DNA from: Octopus bimaculoides
Taxonomy: Eukaryota
Direction: 5' to 3'
NCBI RefSeq assembly: GCF_001194135.2
Contig: NC_068991.1
Coordinates: forward strand, 64,270,094 to 64,307,113
Length of the DNA stretch: 37,020 bases
The translations under genes and the position numbers were made by a program. Under the pieces are notes generated by a model. It made no database searches and was not told where the DNA came from. It saw nothing but the letters and a program-made list of their open reading frames with translations. How positions within the stretch are numbered: position 1 is the first letter of the stretch; the number at the start of each line of letters is the position of its first letter. Below are positions 12,630 to 23,481 of this stretch, piece after piece.

Positions 12630-12862
12630 ATTACCTCCGCCTTAGCGAAGGCGGAGGTAGTGTTTTCAGTCGTGTTTGTTTGTCGGTAGACAAGATATCT
12701 CAAGAACCGGTGGATGGATTCGGATGAAACTTTCAGGGATGTTTGGCCTCGTGACTGGCACGAACCGATTAGATTTTGGGATCGATCCGGTACGGACAAG
12801 GATTCTGGGTTATTTTACCTGTTTTTTTTACTTAATTTTTGAGAGCGGTGAGGTTCATTTTT
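12630..12862 (+). mobile_element. Non-autonomous Helentron-associated (HINE/DINE-1-like) element
   Basis: Starts ttattacctccgcc with a perfect 12-bp hairpin, followed by tgttttcagtcgtgtttgtttgtc...gatatctcaagaacc...gatggattcggatgaaacttt...attagattttgggatcgatccgg. This is the layout of widespread aquatic-animal HINE-like repeats. The 3' end is not clearly defined. Confidence 0.7.

Positions 12863-12864
<2 letters not shown>

Positions 12865-12933
<69 letters not shown>
12865..12933. repeat. (TAT)n microsatellite
   Basis: Perfect run. Confidence 0.97.
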
Positions 12934-13319
12934 CTGACAAATGTGGAACTTAGGTACTTCAGTTCATATCTCCATATGTTTCAATGAGCTATTTCACAGT
13001 ATATTATTATCTAATAGAAACTTGTAAATAACAGCTATATCTTGCATAGTGCACATAGTTTTGAGTTAAAACTAATAACGTTGAAATCGTTGACCACTTG
13101 GTTTTATTAGAGGACATTATCGCCAGATAAGAGTTCGACAGCATGACCTGTTTCATTATATAATGACATTCCATCCTGTGGGGAGCTTTCCAACTTCGAA
13201 GATGTTAGTACTTTATGCATTCACTTTATTGAATATATTAGAGGATGGAATATAACCAATCTTTCACTTCGTTGATGACCTACGCCCAAACATACGAATT
13301 GGTTTACTAACATCTAGAC

Positions 13320-13569
13320 CAGTCGTTCTCAACCGGGGTTTATATGACCCTTAGAACTCCATATAAGCTTTCGTAGTGAAAATTTTTCAGAATAAATTGG
13401 TTATCCTTCTACAATACTCAAAATACTTTAACAATTTTTATGCAATTCCTTATAATACTTAATTATTAAAATGTAATAGGAATTATTTGAACATCCAGTG
13501 GCTATAAGTGTCCCCTCTGAGTACACAAGGAAATAGATTTATAGATTAAACAATTGTTGAAAACCACTG
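13320..13569. mobile_element. hAT/Charlie-type MITE, 250 bp
   Basis: TIRs cagtcgttctcaac (from 13320) and gttgaaaaccactg (13556-13569); 8-bp TSD atctagac / ctctagac (7/8), fitting the Charlie target NTCTAGAN. Confidence 0.87.
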
Positions 13570-13595
13570 CTCTAGACATTCGATATGAACCGAGA

Positions 13596-13642
13596 AACCC
13601 TGCAAATGGTATTGAACCCTGCAAATGGTATTGAACCCTGCA
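13596..13642. repeat. 19-bp tandem repeat (aaccctgcaaatggtattg), 2.5 copies
   Basis: Exact repeats at 13596 and 13615, partial at 13634. Confidence 0.92.
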
Positions 13643-14667
13643 TATTGTAATTGTACTATAATGTTCGCCATATCAGAAACTCTCTAAAGACATTTAGAAT
13701 GGCTAATCATGTAAAACTGTTCTGGATGTTAGGTGTTACGAAAATATAAGGAAGAAAGACGAAATCAACGCGAATAAAACTATCAATACTGACTTCTAAT
13801 AGGACCTGAAGCATTTAATTCGCCGACAATGTAAACGATTGTGTTGTTAGATGTTAACCCAAATAATCTATGCTAATGACTATGTTATGAGATGTTATCC
13901 TTAATGATTTCTGTGAATTAATATGTTATTAAATGTTATTCTTAATAATGAATACCCAGATTATGTTATAAGATGTTAACCATATAAACCTGAAACTTAA
14001 AAGAATAAATGATCAAAGTATTATCACATTTTGCTCAAGAGTCTTTGAATTTAAATCTATTTCAGATTGTTCTTGGAGTTTTGACAGGACACGTAACACT
14101 TCATTTCTACTGATCGACGTTCTGGAACTTACTTTTATGTGGAGAGAGTGATCTTTACTCTACTTAAAACTGCCCACTTCATATCGAAATGTGAAATCGG
14201 GCTCAAAGTTCCTTAGTATTTTCGAAACCATAATTTCTTAGAGTCACGATTAGAGGGTATCCTTGACGAAACATATACCTTAGTAGTTCAGTTTCACAGA
14301 AGAGCCGCTTCCATGTATATATATATATATATATATATTCGCTTCTATGACAACTTTCATTAATGAAATATCATCAATGTTAACGTTGAGTTTATTAGAT
14401 TTCGAAGACTCAATAGAAGTTGTCTGATATGGCTAAACTGAGTAATGAACCAGCATAGATCAAAGAAAACGTTAAACTTGGCCAATTCAATGATGTGGCA
14501 TATGATTCTGCTATTTGCTGCATAAAAGAATGTTGATCAATACGGAAGTTCAGTGAAAGAACGTTATAGAATTATTTTATGGTGACGAAATCAAATAGAA
14601 AATATCTATATAAAAAAGGATAAATGCCATTAAACGCTTCTCTGCAAGTTTTTATTATTTTATTTTA

Positions 14668-14738
<71 letters not shown>

Positions 14739-15504
14739 ATGATTATTCAAATATAATCTATATTTATATCGATACATGCTATATTTTCATTTTGCTGTTT
14801 TTCGTGATTGGGACGATTGATATTTATGGAGAATCAATAAAAAGCAATGGCATAACGTTATTATCTCTAAATGTTTCGGTGATAATTTTATTAGCCGAAA
14901 TAAATTCCTGCAACTAATGTATTCATTATTGAAAACATTAGAATTAGAATATTTTCCAACTTGATAAGTCAAAAGTACCTAAATGCTACTCAGGTCCATC
15001 AGTTAGTAAATATTTATTCTTAGTAAGAACAGGAAAGATTTCTGAAATTGTTGGGTATCGAAATAAATGTGTTACCGTATTTTGTTATAATGATCCTTTC
15101 AATGCAATAACGACTTCAATTGTTCCTGGATCAAATTTTCCCACCATTCCGCTAACGCCTTGATATAGGTGCCAGTTATGTGCGTAGAGATGCATTATCG
15201 GTTTTATGTTTACTTATTCACGAAGACTGAACTTATCCCGATTTTAGAAATCAGTTAAAGCCACAATTAATCATTTGACAAGCCGGGGCCGAACTACACT
15301 TCTTATTCGAAGTGGAACATATTTTAATTCAGAAAGCCTTGCATACACTGGAGCCTTATAAATAAAATTAAGTAGTATTAAACTGCCCAACCCAGTTTAT
15401 TGCCACAAACTGCCAACTCGGTGTCCTTAGCAGAGTGTATCCTCCTGTATTCAGCAAACAAAGCCTCTAGCCTGGTGATAAACCATGAAACTTGTTTTTT
15501 TCTT

Positions 15505-15840
15505 TTTTCATTTGTAATTCCTTGAAAAGCACCATCATCGACCCCGCAAACTGGGAGGATATCTCGGCAAACAGGCTCCTCTGGAGACACACCATCAAAA
15601 CGGGTTCAGCGGACTTCGAGAAAGCCCGAGTCGCAAGAGCTGAACTCAAGAGACGGGAGAGAAAGCAGCGCCTTCTCCTTCCCAAACCAACCCCTTCTAC
15701 CCCTTGTCCACAATGTCCCCGTATGTTTCATGCAACCCTTGGATTGCGGAGCCATCTGCGGTTCTAACACCCAGGAAAATGAACTGGATTGCAAGCTCGG
15801 AATCATGAGACGCAGCCAACTACTACTACTACTACCACTA
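15505..15840 (+). mobile_element. RTE/BovB-like LINE 3' end with C-terminal C2H2 zinc finger and (ACT)n tail
   Basis: NSLKSTIIDPANWEDISANRLLWRHTIKTGSADFEKARVARAELKRRERKQR...CPQCPRMFHATLGLRSHLRF*H matches RTE C-termini (I...WE.LA.DR..WR..+..G...FE..R.....KR..RK, CxxC..H). Short 3' UTR, then (ACT)n at about 15818-15840. Confidence 0.9.
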
Positions 15841-16911
15841 ATTCTTACGTATGCTCCACAGAAGATTTATGGGCTCTTTCCCTTGTCTTTGGTTACAGCA
15901 CAAAATATATATAATATAACATTATATACAAGGTAGTGTATTGTACGATTCCGTTTCAGTTTGCGTGTGCATTCTGAAAAAAAATTCCAATGTTACATTC
16001 CAGCGCTTCAGAACTTTTGTGATTGCGGAAAAATGCTACTTTGGTTCTTTATAACAAACAATGCCCGACCGTATCACTTTATAGGGATCTGTTTCATTAC
16101 CTGTTTTAAATTACAGACCTCAGTTATTTCTTTAAGTCTAATGCTATCGAGAAAAGTATAAAACTACGATATTATTTATGTAAATGTTTTGCTTTGTATT
16201 AATATGTTGTTTTGAACCAGGACGAAAGATGTCACCATTTATGTATAACATAAAACCCAAGTAGTGCTTCGAGTACAATTCCAATACAGTAGAGTCATAT
16301 GTAGAACAGAGTACATCTCAAAGATAAAGCATAGATTTTCTGATTGACAAGAATAGCATTGTGGAAATTTAGTTAAAACGAATGTCATATGTGTTAATGC
16401 TTAAATTTGATCAAGTCATACATTACTGGTGAAAGTAAATTACGTACTGAATGGAATTAAAAAGAACCGAGAATAATCTCAAGTTCGGTTTAAGACATGT
16501 TTAATATATAAGTGCTAGACATAGAGCAAGGTGATATTGAATCAAAAGTTTTTCTCTCTTTTCTGTGTTGTTTTTGCAACTAGAGCTGTTAGTAATGAAA
16601 AACAATGGATTTTCATATGGCTTCATTTTTACTTAAGGCGTAAAAATGAAAACAGAATCTGTGATCTAATTTTATATCGATTTTCTAGCATGGCAATATA
16701 TCTAATAAGTATAGTGATGCAGAGGTGAATGGAACTTATACAATTCTGGAGCATTACCTACGCAAGTCAAGTTAAAATGGAAGGAAGTAAACCAAGCTTT
16801 AACATAGAATGGATAATAAGACGCATTCTAGACACGCTAGTAACATTCCAAAAATTTCTTGGAATGGAGCAAACCGTTCGAGCACTAGAGTTTTCCGCCT
16901 GTTTTGTATTG

Positions 16912-16958
16912 CAAATCTAAATATTTCCTCGATAAAATCGCCATCCTCAGGAATTTAC
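16912..16958 (-). ncRNA. Degenerate minimal type I hammerhead-ribozyme-like motif
   Basis: Minus strand: GTAAATTC-CTGAGGA-T-GG-CGAT-TTT-ATCG-AG-GAAA-TATTT-AGATTTGC. Core boxes present, 4-bp stem II, about 7-bp stem I. Confidence 0.3.
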
Positions 16959-17173
16959 GCTTCAAGGAATTTACATTTTAACAAATATTAAGACATGGAA
17001 TTTTCGCTTCTACAAAACATTATCTACTCAGGAAGATGAATTGTTTGAGTAAATAGTACATCCGGGTTTGTTTGTATTTGGCATTGTCACACCTTTCTAT
17101 ATATTCTGTCTTCTTGAGATACTTAACTCTACTTGTTCGCCTTGTTAAATCTCATTATTATACAGGCAGCGTT

Positions 17174-17388
17174 AAGGCGGTGACCTGACAGAATCGTTAT
17201 CGCGCCGGGTAAAACACTTATCGGCATTTTCTCCGTCATTACGTTCTGAGTTCAAATTCCGATGGGGTAGACTTTGCCTTTCATATTTTCGGGGTCGATA
17301 AAATAAGTCCAGTTGAGTATTGGCGTTGATGTAATCGACTTACTCCCCCAAAATTTGCAGGCTTTGTGTCTATAGTAGAAAGGCTTAT
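17174..17388 (+). mobile_element. SINE family A, full length
   Basis: aaggcggtgacctgacagaatcgtta head, B-box gagttcaaattcc, ctttgcctttcat...ggggtcgataaaataag domain, tatagtagaaagg end. Confidence 0.85.
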
Positions 17389-17390
17389 AT

Positions 17391-17685
17391 AGACAGCGAG
17401 CTCGTAGAATCGTTATCGCGTTGGACAAAAATGCTTTGCAGCATTTTTTCAACTCTTTCCGTTCTGAGTTCAAATTCGGGAAACTAATTATCGGCTGAGA
17501 ACTGGAGTCGGTGTAATCAACGCAGCACCCGGTCTAAGAATTGAAATAATGATCTTGCGATCGGGAGACCAATAACTTTTCCTCATTTCGGGTTCGATAA
17601 AATAAGTGCCAGTTAAACACTGGGGTCGATGTAATAGACTCAATTCACTCCCCACAAACCGGTGCCCTTGTGGAAATTTTTGAAA

Positions 17686-17690
<5 letters not shown>
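17391..17690 (+). mobile_element. Mosaic: SINE A head (17391-17480), inverted tRNA-like head fragment (about 17519-17575), SINE A 3' half (about 17578-17690)
   Basis: Second head abuts the first copy; gttcgataaaataagtgccag...ctggggtcgatgtaat domain resumes after the interruption; ends in (ATT)n. Confidence 0.6.

Positions 17691-17741
<51 letters not shown>
17688..17741. repeat. (ATT)n SINE tail
   Basis: Perfect run directly followed by the next SINE head. Confidence 0.95.
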
Positions 17742-17742
<1 letters not shown>

Positions 17743-17935
17743 GGGCTGGCAGAATCGATAGCCCGCTGGATGAAATGCCCAGCGGTATTTCACCCGTCAC
17801 TACGTTCTGAGTTCCAATTCCTCCGAGGTCGACTTCGCCTTTCATCCTTTCGGGGTCGATTAAATAAGTACCAGTCGAACGCTGAGGTCAATGCAATCGA
17901 AATCCCCCCCCCCCNNNNNNNNNNGGCAAAATTTG
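17742..17935 (+). mobile_element. SINE family A (few 5' bases lost; 10-N gap in the 3' part)
   Basis: gctggcagaatcg..agc...cgttctgagttccaattcctccgaggtcgacttcgcctttcatcctttcggggtcgattaaataagtaccag. Confidence 0.85.
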
Positions 17936-18035
17936 AAACAATTTGGGCTTTTCCACGCGTAACCTTTCGAAGCGCCTCCTCCTATTGGGAGTTTTATTTG
18001 TTATATCTTTCTCTGTTTTTCTTCTGTTTATCAGA

Positions 18036-18037
<2 letters not shown>

Positions 18038-18110
<73 letters not shown>

Positions 18111-18129
18111 TTGCAGCAGCAGCAGCAGC
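18038..18129. repeat. (TTA)n plus (GCA)n microsatellites
   Basis: Visible runs. Confidence 0.95.
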
Positions 18130-18328
18130 TATGTGTCTTCGAGGTTTAGATGAAGCGTATGTCACATTCCTGGGAATCTAATCTATTAACGTCCATCAGA
18201 CTTCAGGGGATTGCCAAGCTATGTCGAAGATATTGCAAGTAAATCGTTTCTGTCGTTTTAACTGACAAAAATTTATGATTAGAAAGTCATTAGTGTTGCT
18301 TTCTTTCCCCTCGAGAATAATGTTTCCA

Positions 18329-18554
18329 ATATTCTTTTCTACTCTAGAGACAAGGTCCGAAATTTTGGGGCAGGGGGTGGGAGGGCAGTCGATTATATTG
18401 ACTCCAGTACGCAACTGGTACTTAATTTATCGAACACGAATGGATGAAAGGCAGAGTCGACCTCGGCGGAATTTGTACTCAGAACGTAAAGACAGACGAA
18501 GTACTGCTAAACATTTTGCTCTGTGTGCTATCGTTTCTGCCAGCTCGCCGCCTT
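18329..18554 (-). mobile_element. SINE family A, full length
   Basis: Reverse complement begins aaggcggcgagctggcagaaacgatagcacacag and shares subfamily marks (agcacacag, tcgtctgtctttacgttc) with the 9495 copy. Confidence 0.88.
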
Positions 18555-20290
18555 AATGCTTCTAATATTAGTCACAACCATTTCTTAAAATATATATCAC
18601 TGAGAATAAGTGCTATTGTTGTTGTTGCGCTAACTATTGATCAAACAGGCTTGGGCTAAACAAGACATATACAAGGTATCTAATAACAGACAATCTAATG
18701 ATTTTTCAAGTGGCTCAACTTGTAGAAATAGCAGTCAAATATCCCTTAATCATGAAACAGATTTTGATGCTGATTTAAACAATTTGATGTTCCAAGTAGA
18801 GGTTGTCTTGTTAGCTTCTGAGTATACCTGCTGATTCAATTGGTCTTGGACACATTGTGTACCATAAGGTTGCAACAGTTAAGCCTCTCCGAAAATGATG
18901 TGTACGGTATAATTAAAAATCATTGCATTAGTAAGTAAATTCATGAGCCCCTTACTTAGTAGAAGGACTCCATTTCGCGTTCTACACTTTTTATCGTCCT
19001 TAACACCTATTCACAAACAACTGAAAAATTGTTAAAACATTGCATTCTTCCCTGCGCAGTCTTTATTATATTAATATTGAAGAACTGCAGATACAACAAA
19101 GACGAATTCAATTACCAATCGACTTTGTATTTACTGGTATGTAACATATTCTTATTAGCAGAATAACTTGTATCACACACGTATATTTTACAGCAAGAAG
19201 GCGTTTTATCCTAACTTATCGGAAAACTTAAAACACATGAAATGCTGATCGGTACAACAGGGAATGGCTGTCTTCTCTTGAAATTGAGACAAATCATATT
19301 AAAGAAACCTTTACAGCATATGGTGAATTACAAACTCACAGTAGATATAGCATGGAATAATTAGTATTTCAATACAACTTCTATTGATCCTGGGAATGTG
19401 TTTATATAAAGTGATCAATACGATGAGATATTTTCTACAGTCGTAACACTTCAAACAATATATCTGTAATATAATTTGAGGCACTGAAGAGATCAACTTA
19501 TCAACTATTTGGATCATTACCATTCTTTATTCTGACACACGATACAACTTCCATCACCACCACCATCCTCACCACCAAAACCACCGCCGCCGCCACCACA
19601 ACCACCGCCGCCACCACCGCCACAAAGCAGTAAAATGCGGGACTGCATCGTTATCATGCTAGCAAATACCGTGAGGTTGTAAACAACTGTCAGTCGAAGG
19701 TGTATTTGTGTGTATGTGTGTATGTGTGTGGGGGATGAGGGTGCGTACGTGTGTGAGGTTTACGTTGGTTAGTTCAAAATGGAAAGGATTTATTGAACGG
19801 GTAATAGGAAACTAACCTTTATTGTTGTTGTAGATTAGCCTGAATTAGCTCTTCCTGGGCGGACATATAATATATAGATAGGTGGAAGAAGGTTTACGAA
19901 CATACCACGTGTCTTTTGTCTGCTATGATCTTATTACTCTTAAGAACATCCTTGCCATTGAAAGATTGATCTGATCTATTCTTCTAAACAAATGAGTTGC
20001 AATGATCATGAAGTAGAAATATACCAAGGGATTTTATCATTCTATCATCAAAGCCTTCTCTCCCTGTCATTAAAATCTACCAACCCCCTAATTCCGTATT
20101 GTCATGAGTAATTGCTTGACTATTTAAAACAACTTTGATAACGTTTTCTCTTCCAAATCTTCAGTTTGCATCCAACTTCCATTCTAACCTGTAAATTTCA
20201 CTAATTATTGAATCTGACCAAAGTGCAAACTTAAATGATGTATGTATTTAATGTTACCGAGACCGGAACATAATGATTTATTTATTTATT

Positions 20291-20291
<1 letters not shown>

Positions 20292-20369
<78 letters not shown>

Positions 20370-20446
20370 TGAAGAGAGAGAATGAGTGGAGAGAGAGAGT
20401 GTATGGAGAGAGAGAGAGTGTGTGGAGAGAGAGAGAGAGAGAGAGA
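20292..20446. repeat. (GA)n microsatellite
   Basis: Long run with a degenerate 3' part. Confidence 0.96.
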
Positions 20447-20469
20447 TTTTTTATTTCGCTTGCTGTAAC

Positions 20470-20710
20470 TGTTTGTCTTTGCGTTTGCTCATCATCAAAG
20501 CCCAACAACCGTGTGTTGATTTGTATACGTCACTGTAAACTAGCTGGTCGGCAAATAATACTGTTAGAATAAGTCCCAAACTCCAAAACTAGTATTGGCG
20601 TCAATTCGAGCGACTGAAACCTTGAAGGTGGTGCCCCAGCATGGTCGAAGTCTTGTGAGTGAAACAGCTAAACAAAAATTAAGAGAGTTTGAAACAAGTG
20701 AAATAAATAA
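20470..20710 (+). mobile_element. SINE family B, 3' half
   Basis: acaacc...cggcaaa...tagaataagt...gactgaaaccttgaaggtggtgccccagcatgg...gaaacaagt, colinear with 5950-6232. Confidence 0.65.
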
Positions 20711-21161
20711 CGTGTATGTTCAGCTTTAAACTTTTGCAGGTCAATGCTTGCAAGAAGGTCGTAAGCAGCAAGAAAACCCCTAAGGTCGCCATTCTGGGGC
20801 AGTAGGTAGCTTGATATAATGTCAAGCACAATTGCACAACAGAACATACATTTTAGATATGTGAAACTTACATCCTAACGTGCACGTGACAGAGGAAACA
20901 ATACAAATCTCTGACAGAGAAACAATTATAATAATAAAAATTGTAGCGAAGGAAAACGGATAAGATTTAAGATATAAAGAGCCTTGACGCATATGCTTCT
21001 GACACATCAAATCTGATCTTGTTTTGAACAGTAGCAATAAACTTGCTTAACGGAAAGATCTATGTTTCTTGATTTATCCAGCCGAAGCTAAAGAAGATTA
21101 AAACCATTAAAACGAATATTCAACTCCATCCGTTCCAGTTATTTCTGTTGTTGTTGTGATT

Positions 21162-21246
21162 CATCTTCTTTTTCTTCTTCTTCTTCTTCTTCTTCTTCTT
21201 CTTCTTCTTCTTCTTCTTCTTCTTCTTCTTCTTCTTCTTCTTCTTC
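21162..21246. repeat. (CTT)n microsatellite
   Basis: Near-perfect run. Confidence 0.96.
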
Positions 21247-21859
21247 TCCTACTTCTTCTCACCATCATCATCATTTCGTGACTGCTATTGTAGTAGCAGT
21301 AGTAGTTGTCGTTGTTCTCCATGCACACAATCGTTGTCGATGATGTGCTCTCCCTATAATCGTTTTTGGCTATTGGTGGTTAATGACGATGTTACTGTTG
21401 TTCTTCTTCTTCTTGAAGCTGCTGACACTGCTGCTGCTGCTGCTGCTATTTTTACTGTCATTAAAATCTCTTTGGAAGATTTAATTGCAAAATCCCATGC
21501 AATTCCATTTGATCACTATATTATTCTTAATTTTCGTTTGGAATCTCCTGAGTAACATTTAAAAGATATTTCCTCTCCGTACTCTCTTTCTCTCTCTAAA
21601 TATACATATATATATATATATATATAAATATACATATATCTCTCTAAATAGACATATATCCATATATACATATGTATGTGCATTCTATATATACATACAC
21701 ACTCTGTGTGCGCGCGCATATTTGTGTGTGTGTGATTCTGTCTTTCTCTACTTGACATGCCCAAGCTGCATTTCATTCGAAAGTACAAACATAATCACAA
21801 GCTAACGCTCACATGCTAAAAGTCTTACAGATACGCAAGCACACAAGTGCACACATACA

Positions 21860-21877
21860 CACATGCATACATATATC

Positions 21878-21924
<47 letters not shown>

Positions 21925-21988
21925 ACATATAATATATACATGTACATACTTGTATCATATGTCACTCTCTCTTTCTTCTGTCTATCTG

Positions 21989-22038
<50 letters not shown>

Positions 22039-22188
22039 CTTCGCGCTCCCTGTAGAACATTTTTAGCTGTGTAGCCATCATTCACTCACTTTTTCTCACT
22101 CTTCTCCATACATATCACTTGCAAATAAAACCAGACATGCAAACAGAAGCACAACAGGTATAATCTACATTGCCGAATATTCACAACT

Positions 22189-22254
<66 letters not shown>

Positions 22255-22353
22255 AAAATAAACACACGTTTCACATACACACGTGTCACAAACACACGGT
22301 CCACACACATGTATACATACATACAAATGAATATGCATACTTACATACATACG

Positions 22354-22389
<36 letters not shown>

Positions 22390-22395
22390 TATATT
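21860..22395. repeat. Cluster of (TA)n, (TCTA)n, (CA)n and (TACA)n microsatellites
   Basis: Visible runs separated by short unique spacers. Confidence 0.9.
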
Positions 22396-22496
22396 ATTTA
22401 TATAGTAGAGGAAGGTATTCTCTATATAGAATACACTTTGTAATGCTCAGGAGATATGAACGTGAGCAGGTAGAAGAATAAATGTAAGGACGTGTA

Positions 22497-22744
22497 AGTT
22501 AGACAAGTCGATATATATAAAAAATATTAAATACATTTAATACCAAAAAATGTACGTATAAAAAGGTCCGACTTACACAGAATTGAAACGATATCAGGAA
22601 TTGAAGGGGTTGAATACAAGTTTTACGAGTCCAGCAGCTGCTTCTGATATCATTTCTATTTTGTGTGAGTCGGACATTTTTATATGAACATTTTTTGTAT
22701 TAAATGTATTTAATAATATTATCTGTATATCGATTTGCCTAACT
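22497..22744. repeat. Foldback inverted repeat (about 100-bp arms, about 45-bp spacer); probable long-TIR MITE
   Basis: Left arm agttagacaagtcgatata...attaaatacatttaatac..aaaaaatgtacgtataaaaaggtccgacttacacag...gatatcag; the right arm is its reverse complement with scattered mismatches. Confidence 0.85.
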
Positions 22745-22893
22745 CCATTGGCCTTCTATTAATATATATATATATATATATATATATAGCCAAACAAACC
22801 ATACACGCCCACACACACACGCACACACACGCACACACGCATACACCNNNNNNNNNNNNNNNNNNNNNNNNNNNNNNNNNNNNNTATGAGGGA

Positions 22894-23018
22894 GACTCAG
22901 AATCTGCGGCATCGGTTTAGTCGACCAAATAGATCCTAACGCATATTGTTTTAAAGCCTGCTACTAACTTTATCTGTCTACATTGCCGAACAGCTAATTT
23001 ATGAACATAAACAAACCA
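22894..23018 (-). mobile_element. SINE family B, 3' fragment
   Basis: ctgcggc..tttagtcgac.aaat.ga.cc...aagcct..tact...ttgccgaac.gcta...taaaca.acca is the reverse complement of the family B 3' half; abuts (TA)n. Confidence 0.6.
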
Positions 23019-23436
23019 TATATATATATATATATATGTTTGTATATGCATATATGGATATATGGGTACAGGACGTCACCAACGTGCAAATAACATGAAA
23101 TACGTAAACAAACTTGTTAACTACGTAATCAACGAGAAAAATGGGAAACAGGACAAGTAAACACAGTTGTTGGCTGTCAATTCATTCCTCATTTCGGGCA
23201 TTCAACGAGAATATGAGTCTTCAAAGACAGTTGCTCCCATAAATTCTAAAATAAAATTTAGGATTTATGGAGGGTCAAAGTTGGGAACAAAAACATGACA
23301 GTGAAGACATACAAGGAAACCGAACGAAAACAAACATGGAAGGTCGTTAGACCAGAACGTGAGGAAAATAGTGAGCGCCAGGAGAACTTTTTTTTTTTTG
23401 GGAAAAGAGAAAAGATGGAAGAGAGANNNNNNNNNN

Positions 23437-23481
<45 letters not shown>

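Noticed and set aside
16040-16085. FFITNNARPY resembles the mariner HDNARPH motif
   Set aside because: A single short motif lacking the catalytic Asp, with no other transposase motifs or TIRs nearby.
19545-19625. GC-rich (CCA)/(CCG) tract that could be a CpG island or a poly-Pro/Thr exon
   Set aside because: A simple triplet low-complexity repeat without splice sites or flanking coding signal.
23060-23240. Segment after (TA)n that looks like an interspersed repeat, with a minus-strand CGAAA box
   Set aside because: No CUGANGA core is present and I cannot assign a family from this single copy.
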